Below, one piece after another: positions 53,766-61,224 of a DNA stretch of 64,000 nucleotides (positions are counted from its first letter, which is position 1; every line of letters begins with the position of its first letter). The DNA is from Fibrobacterota bacterium. Lineage in GTDB: Bacteria > Fibrobacterota > Fibrobacteria > UBA5070. The position numbers and the translations under genes were made by a program. The DNA lies in assembly GCA_029557215.1 (NCBI GenBank), contig JAKPQQ010000242.1:1399-65398 (forward strand). Direction: 5' to 3'. The notes below the pieces were generated by a model that worked only from the letters and a program-made list of their open reading frames with translations, had not been told where the DNA came from and did no database searches.

Positions 53766-56282
53766 GTGATCAAACCTGAACTTCTCGCGCCCGCCGGCGG
53801 CTGGGATTGCGCCAAGGCCGCGATCGAAAACGGCGCCGACGCCATCTACTTCGGATCCGAAGTCTTCAACGCCCGCATGCGGGCCGACAACTTCACGCTG
53901 GCCGACCTCCCCGCCCTGATGGAGTTCCTGCACCTCCGCGGCGCCAAAGGGTACCTGACGTTCAACACGCTGGTGTTCCCTTCCGAGCTGGAACTCGCCG
54001 AGCGGACGCTGCGCGCGGCCATCCTCGCCGGAGTGGACGCGGCCATCGTCCAGGATGTCGGGATCTGTCGCCTGATCCGCTCGATCAGCCCCGATTTCCC
54101 CATCCACGCCAGCACCCAAATGACCATCGCGTCGGCCGAAGGCGCGAAGTTCGCGCGGGAACTGGGCTGTTCGCTGGCCGTGATCGCGCGGGAGAACACG
54201 CTTTCCGAGATGGAGAGGATCCAGGCGGGCCTCGCCGACGATCCATTGCCGCTGGAAGTGTTCGTCCACGGCGCGCTGTGCGTGGCCTATTCCGGACAAT
54301 GCCTGACCTCCGAGGCGCTGGGAGGGAGATCGGCCAACCGCGGCGAATGCGCGCAGGCCTGCCGCATGCCCTACGAGCTTCTGCGCGACGGCGAACCGGT
54401 GGACCTGGGCGATCGCAAGTACCTGCTTTCGCCGCAGGATCTCTGCGGCGTCGATCTGGTCCCCGACCTGGTGCGCATCGGCATCCATTCGTTCAAGATC
54501 GAAGGCCGCCTCAAGCAGCCGTCGTACGTGGCGTCCATCACCCGCATCTACCGCGAAGCCATCGACAAGGCCTGGCAGGCCGCGACGGAAAACGTCCCGA
54601 CAGGACAGCTTCTGACATCCGACGCCAAGTACCGGGTGGAGATGGCCTTTTCGCGCGGGATCCACACCGGCTGGATGCGCGGCATCGACAACCAGACCCT
54701 GGTGCACGGACGCTACCCCAAGAAACGCGGCGTGTTCCTGGGCCGCGTCGAGAAAGTCACCGGTTACGAAGTCGGCCTGAAGCTCACCGGGCCCGTGCGC
54801 GCGGGCGATGGCGTGGTGTTCGACGCGGGCAAGCCCGAGGCGCGCGAAGTGGGCGGACGCGTGTGGGAGGTCCAGGAGGACGCCGATTACACCTGGCTGG
54901 CCTTCAGCGACACGGGTGTGGATCTGCGCAAGGTGCAGGTCGGGAATCTGGTCTGGAAGACCTCCGATCCGCTGCTGGAAAAGGAGATCAAGAAGACCTG
55001 GGACGTGGAAGAACCCGCCCACCGCCGCCCGATTTCGGCGAAGGTGACGGGATCCGCGGGACACCCCCTGCTCCTGGAACTGTCGGATGGCGAAGGACAC
55101 GAGGTATCGGCCACCACCGACGTGGTGTTGGAACCGGCGCGCAAGCGCCCGTTGGACGCGGCCTACCTGGAAGCGCAGATCGGCCGGCTGGGCGGCACGC
55201 CCTATTTCCTGGCGGGATTGGAATGCGCCCTGGAAGGCGAGATCATGGTTCCGGTGAGCGCCCTGAACGAGGTCCGTCGCAAGGCGGTGGATGCGCTTTC
55301 CCGTCACCGGCGCCATCGCGCTCCTTGGACGATTTCCGCCACCCCCGCGATTTCAACAAAAGTTATCGCCCCAAACCATGCCGCCCTTCGACGGTTCGAC
55401 GAAGCTCACCGCGAACTCCGCTCAGGGAGCGGCATGGCCCCCGACATCGTGGTTCTGGTCCGCACCGAAGAGCAGATGGAGACCGCCGCGCGGTTGGGCG
55501 TGGGCACGCTCTACCTGGAACTGGAATTTCCCAAGCGCTATCCGGCGGCGATCGCGCGGTGGCGCGAACTCGCTCCCGGACGCGAGATCTGGGCGGCGCC
55601 TCCGCGCATCGCGAAGGCCGGCGAGGATTGGATCCTGCGGCAGGTGGAAGCCGGCGGCGCCGACGGCGTCCTGGCACGGGCCTGGGACCATCTGTCGTGG
55701 TTCCAGGGCAAGACCCGTCTGCGAGGGGATTTCTCCTTGAACGTCGCCAACGGACTGACCGCCGAATGGTTCCTGGACCGGTTCGAACTTGAAGGCTTGA
55801 CCTGCTCCTACGACCTCACCGCCCAGCAGACCTTGGACCTGGCGCGCACCACCGATCCCGGTCGGCTGGAATTGACCATCCACCAGCACATGCCCATGTT
55901 CCACATGGAGCACTGCGTGTTCTGCGCGTTCCTGTCCAGCGGCAAGGACTTCCGCGACTGCGGCCGTCCGTGCGAACGGCACGAGGTGCGCCTGCGCGAC
56001 CACACGGGCGCGTCCCACGTGGTCAAGGCCGACGCGGGCTGCCGCAACACGGTGTTCAACGCCAAGGCCCAGACCGGCGCCGAATACGCGACGGAATTCG
56101 TGCAAGCCGGAATCCGTCGCTTCCGCATCGAGTTCCTGGACGAACAGCCCGCCGAAATGGCCCGGATCCTGGGACGCTACCGCGACCTGCTGGCCGGGCG
56201 CATCGAAGGAAACGGGCTCTGGCGCGAACTCAAGGCGGTGAACCAGCTCGGAGTGACGCGAGGAACGCTCTCCGAGCGGTAG
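53766..56282 (+). CDS. Long-form U32-family protein (peptidase U32 / RNA- or quinone-hydroxylation-type, with C-terminal extension)
   Basis: VIKPELLAPAGGWDCAKAAIENGADAIYFG...HASTQMT...EVFVHGALCVAYSGQCL are U32 hallmarks. A second U32-like half lies in the C-terminal region. The GTG start at 53766 is inferred and uncertain. Confidence 0.82.
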   Translation: MIKPELLAPAGGWDCAKAAIENGADAIYFGSEVFNARMRADNFTLADLPALMEFLHLRGAKGYLTFNTLVFPSELELAERTLRAAILAGVDAAIVQDVGICRLIRSISPDFPIHASTQMTIASAEGAKFARELGCSLAVIARENTLSEMERIQAGLADDPLPLEVFVHGALCVAYSGQCLTSEALGGRSANRGECAQACRMPYELLRDGEPVDLGDRKYLLSPQDLCGVDLVPDLVRIGIHSFKIEGRLKQPSYVASITRIYREAIDKAWQAATENVPTGQLLTSDAKYRVEMAFSRGIHTGWMRGIDNQTLVHGRYPKKRGVFLGRVEKVTGYEVGLKLTGPVRAGDGVVFDAGKPEAREVGGRVWEVQEDADYTWLAFSDTGVDLRKVQVGNLVWKTSDPLLEKEIKKTWDVEEPAHRRPISAKVTGSAGHPLLLELSDGEGHEVSATTDVVLEPARKRPLDAAYLEAQIGRLGGTPYFLAGLECALEGEIMVPVSALNEVRRKAVDALSRHRRHRAPWTISATPAISTKVIAPNHAALRRFDEAHRELRSGSGMAPDIVVLVRTEEQMETAARLGVGTLYLELEFPKRYPAAIARWRELAPGREIWAAPPRIAKAGEDWILRQVEAGGADGVLARAWDHLSWFQGKTRLRGDFSLNVANGLTAEWFLDRFELEGLTCSYDLTAQQTLDLARTTDPGRLELTIHQHMPMFHMEHCVFCAFLSSGKDFRDCGRPCERHEVRLRDHTGASHVVKADAGCRNTVFNAKAQTGAEYATEFVQAGIRRFRIEFLDEQPAEMARILGRYRDLLAGRIEGNGLWRELKAVNQLGVTRGTLSER

Positions 56283-56285
56283 CGG

Positions 56286-56630
56286 CTACGCCACCAGCCT
56301 GATTTCGTCGTCGTGGATCACGTCGGCCAGCTCCAAGGGCTCGCCACGAAGCTCCCAGACGTCGATCCCCATTCGTTCCAATTCCTGTCGGATCGGATCG
56401 GCGAACTCGCCGGCCACCAGCGTGAAGCAATCCTGGAGGAACACGGCAAGCGAGCGGACGGCATCCCCGATCGATTCGGAGATCGTGATCCGCAGATCGT
56501 GGAGGTTCCACTCGCGAGAGACGACCCATTTTCCAGACTGCAGGGAATAGACCCGCAGGGAGCTGGCTTGCTCCAGAGGAACGCTGATTCCGGTCTCGTT
56601 GACCGCGAACGCCATGGTCTTCTTGCTCAT
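56286..56630 (-). CDS. Small AnfO/NifX-like (Nitro_FeMo-Co-fold-like) protein, paralog 1 (114 aa)
   Basis: GGAGG sits 6 nt upstream of Met 56630. MSKKTMAFAVNETGISVPLEQASSLRVYSLQSGKWVV...FLQDCFTLVAGEF...GIDVWELRGEP is a beta-alpha pattern resembling AnfO N-terminal / NifX-family domains. This is a pattern-level match only. Confidence 0.6.
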   Translation of the reverse strand: MSKKTMAFAVNETGISVPLEQASSLRVYSLQSGKWVVSREWNLHDLRITISESIGDAVRSLAVFLQDCFTLVAGEFADPIRQELERMGIDVWELRGEPLELADVIHDDEIRLVA

Positions 56631-56673
56631 CGGACGCCTCCACGCATTGGGGGGGTGTTGTCGTTTTCTGAAC

Positions 56674-56714
56674 GGATCCAGGGCGATGACCTCCATTTGT
56701 CAATTTCTGGATCC
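56674..56714 (-). promoter_or_regulatory. Conserved leader hairpin / inverted repeat, copy 1
   Basis: Minus strand: GGATCCAG-[25 nt incl. ATTGACAAT and GGAGG]-CTGGATCC, 44 nt upstream of the paralog 1 ATG. Confidence 0.45.
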
Positions 56715-56783
56715 AGCAACCCGTTTTCAGTTGCCACGCCATCCCGGCCCGCTCCCCTTCACGGAGTCTCACCAAGTAGCAGG

Positions 56784-56860
56784 GAATAATTGTCAACATT
56801 TTTTATAACACTGTCAATATGTGCGCGATAATTGATGACACTCTATATGCCAAAATGGTT
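56784..56860 (-). promoter_or_regulatory. AT-rich island with sigma70-like elements facing paralog 1
   Basis: The sharpest AT-rich stretch in the window (aataattgtcaacattttttataacactgtcaatatgtgcgcgataattgatgacactctatatgcc). The minus strand reads TTGACA(56817-56812)-N17-GACAAT(56794-56789), with a second TTGACA at 56796-56791. Confidence 0.35.
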
Positions 56861-57022
56861 TCCGAAGCGCCATGACCAGTAGGAGTTCCCTATCGGCACC
56901 CAAGACAGAACCTCACCCAGAGATCAAGGATGGACGAGAGTTTTCCACACCGTCGACGAGGCACTCGAACCGCCCCCATCATAGCCGTCGAGGGAAGATC
57001 GCCGCCCGTTTGGCGATTGCCC

Positions 57023-57367
57023 CTACGCCGCGATCCGGTCCTCGTCGGCGGAGATCACCTCGGCGAGTTCCGTCGGTTCGCCCCGCAACTCCCAAACGTC
57101 GATCCCCTTGCGCTCCAGCTCGGCACGGACAGCTTCCGCAAGCTCTCCCGCCACCAGCGTGAAGCAATCCTGCAGGAGGGCCGCGATCGCCCGAACCGCG
57201 TCGTTGATCGACTCGGAGACGGTGATCGACAGTTCGCGGATGTTCCATTCGCGGGAGACGGTCCATTTTCCGAACTGCAGATCGTAGACCCGCAGGGAGC
57301 AGGCTTGCTCCAGAGGAACGCTGATTCCGGTCTCGTTGACCGCGAACGCCATGGTCGTCATGTTCAT
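57023..57367 (-). CDS. Small AnfO/NifX-like protein, paralog 2 (114 aa)
   Basis: GGAGG upstream of Met 57367. MNMTTMAFAVNETGISVPLEQACSLRVYDLQFGKWTV... It has the same length as paralog 1 and most residues are identical. The start overlaps the yraN ORF stop (ATGA). Confidence 0.6.
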   Translation of the reverse strand: MNMTTMAFAVNETGISVPLEQACSLRVYDLQFGKWTVSREWNIRELSITVSESINDAVRAIAALLQDCFTLVAGELAEAVRAELERKGIDVWELRGEPTELAEVISADEDRIAA

Positions 57368-57990
57368 CGGACACCTCCGCGACTTGGGTTTGCTTTCCTG
57401 GGTTTTGGGGATCCGGAGCCATGACCTCCATTTGCCAATTTCCGGATCCAGTAAGACCTTATCGCATTTCCCGGGCCAACCGTCAACCACCTCCTTCTCG
57501 GACGAACGGGTGCAGCCCCTCCGCCTCCGTTGTCAAGGATCCACCCGAAGCTGTCACCGATCTGGCAAGGTTTGGCAGGGCCCGCGAGCCCCCCCCCCCC
57601 CCAAAACCCGCCGAATCCCGGTCGGAAGGCGTCCACCACGTGTTCGGGGTCCTGACCCATGCGCAACAGCACCGCGTCGAAGCGGACCATCTTGTGGGTG
57701 GACTCGTGCTTGACCAGCCAGGCCAGCGCGATCTTGGCCACTTGGCGCTGCTTGGCGGGGGTGATCCATTCGCCGGGGTCGCCGGCCCAGCGGCCTCGGG
57801 AGCTCTTCACTTCCACGAACACCACGGTGCCGTCGCGGTCGCGGCAGACCAGGTCCAGTTCGCCGCGCCCGAACCGCCAATTCCTGTCGATGACCTCCAG
57901 GCCGCGCGAGCGCAGCAGGTCGGCGGCGCGATCCTCGCCATAAGCTCCCCAGCTCTTACGGGTGTCGCCCTCAGGCCTTGAAGAGGACAA
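57364..57990 (-). CDS. yraN: YraN-family (UPF0102) PD-(D/E)xK endonuclease-like protein with a long low-complexity 3' extension
   Basis: GEDRAADLLRSRGLEVIDRNWRFGRGELDLVCRDRDGTVVFVEVKSSRG...RFDAVLL...EHVVDAF is the complete YraN core in the first ~125 aa. The ORF then runs ~85 more codons through a G14 tract to a stop overlapping the paralog 2 ATG. Confidence 0.75.
   Translation of the reverse strand: MSSSRPEGDTRKSWGAYGEDRAADLLRSRGLEVIDRNWRFGRGELDLVCRDRDGTVVFVEVKSSRGRWAGDPGEWITPAKQRQVAKIALAWLVKHESTHKMVRFDAVLLRMGQDPEHVVDAFRPGFGGFWGGGGLAGPAKPCQIGDSFGWILDNGGGGAAPVRPRRRWLTVGPGNAIRSYWIRKLANGGHGSGSPKPRKANPSRGGVR
57409..57449 (-). promoter_or_regulatory. Conserved leader hairpin / inverted repeat, copy 2
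   Basis: Minus strand: GGATCCGG-[25 nt incl. ATTGGCAAT and GGAGG]-CCGGATCC. It has the same geometry as copy 1, with a compensatory double change in the stem. Confidence 0.45.
57458..57486 (-). promoter_or_regulatory. Candidate sigma70-type promoter for paralog 2
   Basis: The minus strand reads TTGACG(57486-57481)-N17-GATAAG(57463-57458), immediately upstream of hairpin copy 2 and inside the 3' extension of the yraN ORF. Confidence 0.35.
57589..57602. repeat. 14-nt homopolymer (C14 on plus, G14 on the coding minus strand)
   Basis: Counted directly: gagCCCCCCCCCCCCCCaaaa. It is translated as WGGGG in the yraN ORF extension. Confidence 0.95.
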
Positions 57991-59044
57991 ACCACGCGAC
58001 CATCAGGAAGGTGGCGGCCACCAGGCCCAGCACCCCGACCGCGATCCAGAGCAATTGCTTGTGCGGAATGCTGGATGGCGCGTCGTGCTCGGAACCGGGA
58101 TCGCCTCCGCGACGGGAATCCTGGCGACGGCTGCCACGGCGGCGGTCGATCAGACGACGTTCGCGGCCGGAACGAAGGTTGGTTTCGGCCGGGAGCACGG
58201 GCAGCCCGCTGGACGGCGAACGGTTGCGGTCGCCCAATTGGTCGAGCGCTTCGAGCATGGCCTCGGCCGACGAATACCGGTCTTCCTTCTTCTTGGCCAG
58301 CGCCTTGCGCAGGATGGCCATCAGGGCGGGCGGCAGTTCGGAACGCTGGATGGGCGGCGGCTGTTCGTGCACGTGCTTGTAGGCGATCGCCAACGGGGCT
58401 TCGGCCAAGAACGGCGGCTTGCCCGACAGGCATTCGTACAGGACCACGCCCAGCGAATAGAGGTCGGAACGTTCGTCCAGGGGCATTCCCTGGCACTGTT
58501 CGGGCGACATGTATTCGGGGGTGCCCAGCGCCACGCCTTCGGTGGTCAGCCGTTCGGAATCCTGCAAGAGCGCGATCCCGAAGTCGCCCAAAAGAGCCAT
58601 TCCGGTTTCTTCGTCCAGGAGAATGTTGGAGCTTTTCACGTCGCGGTGCAGAAGATGCTGCCCGTGCGAATAGCGGATCGCACGCAGGATCTGTCGGGCG
58701 ATTTCCACCGTGCGCGCGGCGGAAAGCGGACCGTCCTTGCTGACGGCCTTGGCCAGGGAGCGGCCCTTCACGTACTGCATGGCCAGCCAATGGCGGCGGT
58801 CTTCGGTGCCGTAGTCGTACAGGACCACGATGTTCTGGTGCACCAGGCGCGCGATGGCGCGGGCTTCGGCCAAGAAGCGCTGGGTGTCGTCGCGGTTTTC
58901 GCCCAGCATGGGACCGCTCAGGAGCTTGATCGCCACCTCGCGCTGCAACAGGGGATCGCGAGCGCGCCAGACCGTGCCGGCACCTCCGCGTCCGATCTCC
59001 TCTTCCAGGAGATACCGCCCGATGTGCGCAGGGGAATTGGGCAT
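57971..59044 (-). CDS. Membrane-anchored Hanks-type Ser/Thr protein kinase
   Basis: GRGGAGTVWRA, AIKLL, HRDVKSSNILL, DFG and TPEYMSPEQ motifs. Arg-rich linker and a C-terminal TM helix (LLWIAVGVLGLVAATFLMVAWFVLF). Confidence 0.88.
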   Translation of the reverse strand: MPNSPAHIGRYLLEEEIGRGGAGTVWRARDPLLQREVAIKLLSGPMLGENRDDTQRFLAEARAIARLVHQNIVVLYDYGTEDRRHWLAMQYVKGRSLAKAVSKDGPLSAARTVEIARQILRAIRYSHGQHLLHRDVKSSNILLDEETGMALLGDFGIALLQDSERLTTEGVALGTPEYMSPEQCQGMPLDERSDLYSLGVVLYECLSGKPPFLAEAPLAIAYKHVHEQPPPIQRSELPPALMAILRKALAKKKEDRYSSAEAMLEALDQLGDRNRSPSSGLPVLPAETNLRSGRERRLIDRRRGSRRQDSRRGGDPGSEHDAPSSIPHKQLLWIAVGVLGLVAATFLMVAWFVLFKA

Positions 59045-60243
59045 CAGACCAAAGCCAGCAGTCCGCGGCGCAGGCGTTCCAACGCCTTGCCCAGGACGTC
59101 CATGGATGTCGCGTAGGAAAGCCGGATGCAGCGGTCGTCGCCGAATGCCGCACCGGGAACCACGGCAAGCAGCTCATCGGCCAGCAGGTACTCGCACAGA
59201 TCCAGCGATCCGCCGATCACCTTGCCTTTGGGCGTCTTTTTGCCGTAGAAGCTCGAGACTTCGGGAAGCGCATAGAACGCTCCTTCGGGCATCGCCACTT
59301 TGATCCCCGGAATCGCCCGCAGCGATTCGATCACGAACTCGCGACGGCGATTGAATTCCTGGCCCATTTTCTGGACGAGTTCGAGTCCGCCGTTGAGCGC
59401 CGCCACGGCGCCGTACTGCGAAACGTTGGCCGGGTGATGGGTGGCCTGGCTCTGAAGCGCGCCGATCGCCTTGGCGATGGGGGCAGGGCCCGCGAAGTAT
59501 CCCACTCTCCAACCGGTCATGGCGTAGGCCTTGGACACGCCGTTGACGATCAGCGTCAAGTCGGCGATGCCGCCACCCAACGAAGCGATGGAGACCGGCT
59601 TGCGTCCGTCGTACAGGATGTGTTCGTAGATCTCGTCGGAGAGCACGTACACGTCGTGCTTCACCAGGATCTTGGCGAAGGCTTCCAGTTCGGCCTTGCC
59701 GTAGACCATCCCGGTGGGGTTGGACGGATTGCACAGGATGAGCGCCTTGGTGCGCGGCGTGATGGCCGCTTCCAGGGCTTCGGGCGTGAACTTGTAGCCG
59801 GTATCCACCGAGGTCGGGATGAAGACGGGAGTTCCGCCGTAGAGCTTCACCAGTTCGGGGTAGGTGACCCAGTACGGAGCCGGGATCACGACTTCGTCGC
59901 CCGGATTCAGAAGGGTCTGCAGGACATTGGCGACGGCGTGCTTGACACCGGAGGTGATCACGACCTGGTCGGCCGGGATCTTGACGCCGTTCTCGCGCAG
60001 CAGTTTGTCGGACACGGCCTTCTTGAGCTCGGGAATCCCCGTGGGAGCCGTGTATTTGGTCTTGCCTTCGCGCAGCGACGCGATCGCGGCGTCCTTGATG
60101 TGTTCGGGAGTGTCAAAATCCGGTTCGCCGACGCCGAGCGCGACGATATCCTGCCCCGCGGCCTGCAGCTCTTTGGCGCGAGTGTCGATGGCCACGGTCA
60201 TGGAGGGAGCCAGGGCGAGGACGGACGACGAGAGAGACTTCAT
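59044..60243 (-). CDS. Aspartate/aromatic aminotransferase (class I PLP enzyme)
   Basis: From Met 60243: VALGVGEPDFDTP, NPSNPTG, and SKAYAMTGWRVGY (PLP lysine). 399 aa. Confidence 0.9.
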   Translation of the reverse strand: MKSLSSSVLALAPSMTVAIDTRAKELQAAGQDIVALGVGEPDFDTPEHIKDAAIASLREGKTKYTAPTGIPELKKAVSDKLLRENGVKIPADQVVITSGVKHAVANVLQTLLNPGDEVVIPAPYWVTYPELVKLYGGTPVFIPTSVDTGYKFTPEALEAAITPRTKALILCNPSNPTGMVYGKAELEAFAKILVKHDVYVLSDEIYEHILYDGRKPVSIASLGGGIADLTLIVNGVSKAYAMTGWRVGYFAGPAPIAKAIGALQSQATHHPANVSQYGAVAALNGGLELVQKMGQEFNRRREFVIESLRAIPGIKVAMPEGAFYALPEVSSFYGKKTPKGKVIGGSLDLCEYLLADELLAVVPGAAFGDDRCIRLSYATSMDVLGKALERLRRGLLALV

Positions 60244-60292
60244 TGGTTTAACGATTCCTTCGATGCTTGCACAACCGGTCCAAACTGACAAA

Positions 60293-61204
60293 TCATAGGA
60301 ATTGGACGGTACGCGGAGGCCGGAGATCTGGAAGAAGATATTGTGGCCAGATCTGCCAGGACTTCGCTTCGATTTTGGCTCGTTCAGGGGGTGTGACCCC
60401 GGTGAGGACCAACGCGCAGTCGATCCCCGCATGACGAGCGCCCAGGATGTCGGTGGCCAGGGTATCGCCGATCGCCACCACCTTTTGGGCGGGCAGTTTG
60501 AGCTTTTCCAGGGCCAGGTCGTAAATCTCGCCGAACGGCTTGCCCAAGAGGGCCACCTTGCACCCGGTTTCCCGGGCGAGCGAGCGTGCGGTGACACCCG
60601 AAACCCGCGCCATCACGCCTTGGGGACGCGGAGCGACGGCATCGGGATTGAGGACCACCAACAGGCTTCCTTCCTGACGAAGGATCCGGTGGGCTTCGGC
60701 GATGCGGCGCATGCGGTATCCGCGGGAGCTGGCCAGCACCACGACCTTGGTCTGGTCGGCGCGGTCGGTGGTTTCCAGTCCGGCGGCTTTCAGGTATTCG
60801 CGTCCGGAAGGCAATCCCATGTAGAAGACCGGCCCGGTGATGCCCAAGGCAGTTTTTTCCCGGGCAAGGAGCGATCCGGAACAGATGACCTCGCCGGCAT
60901 CCAGGGGAATGCCCATGGACGAAAGCAATTGGCGGTTGTCTTCTTCCGAAAGCGCCGAGTTGTTGGTCAGGACCCGCACCTTCTTGCCCATGGACTTGAG
61001 CCACGAGACGCCTTCGGCGGCCCAAGGGATGGTTTCTTCGGCACGGTTCAGAACCCCGTAGGAATCCAACAGGAACCCGTCGTAGCGGGAGGCGAGTTCT
61101 TCCAGAGTGGTCGCGGGCATCTCCGGAGGGGGCACGGTGGGCCCCATCCGCGTCGCGTAGTCGCGGTAGATCTGCAGTTCCGGCGAGCCTGGTAAAAAAA
61201 GCAT
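60293..61204 (-). CDS. HAD-superfamily subfamily IIA hydrolase
   Basis: From Met 61204: FLLDSYGVLN (DxxG-type motif I), VLTNNS, GKP...GDTLATDILGA (motifs III/IV). Confidence 0.78.
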   Translation of the reverse strand: MLFLPGSPELQIYRDYATRMGPTVPPPEMPATTLEELASRYDGFLLDSYGVLNRAEETIPWAAEGVSWLKSMGKKVRVLTNNSALSEEDNRQLLSSMGIPLDAGEVICSGSLLAREKTALGITGPVFYMGLPSGREYLKAAGLETTDRADQTKVVVLASSRGYRMRRIAEAHRILRQEGSLLVVLNPDAVAPRPQGVMARVSGVTARSLARETGCKVALLGKPFGEIYDLALEKLKLPAQKVVAIGDTLATDILGARHAGIDCALVLTGVTPPERAKIEAKSWQIWPQYLLPDLRPPRTVQFL

Positions 61205-61224
61205 GTGAGGGGGGAAAGATAAGG

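Noticed and set aside
56631-56696. 22-codon N-terminal extension (MEVIALDPFRKRQHPPNAWRRP) of paralog 1 suggested by the ORF track
   Set aside because: The corresponding ATG in paralog 2 is out of frame with its gene. Both genes have a GGAGG properly spaced before the internal Met. The conserved nucleotides are better explained as a non-coding hairpin.
56872-57162. 96-aa plus-strand ORF in and beyond the inter-paralog spacer
   Set aside because: Arg/Pro-rich, antisense to paralog 2, with no RBS. It is a shadow ORF.
57464-57479. Sigma54-like promoter TGGCCC-N-ATGC (minus strand) upstream of paralog 2
   Set aside because: The GG-N10-GC spacing fits, but three consensus positions are off. The equivalent position upstream of paralog 1 has no such element. 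An overlapping TTGACG-N17-GATAAG sigma70-type promoter explains the sequence more simply.
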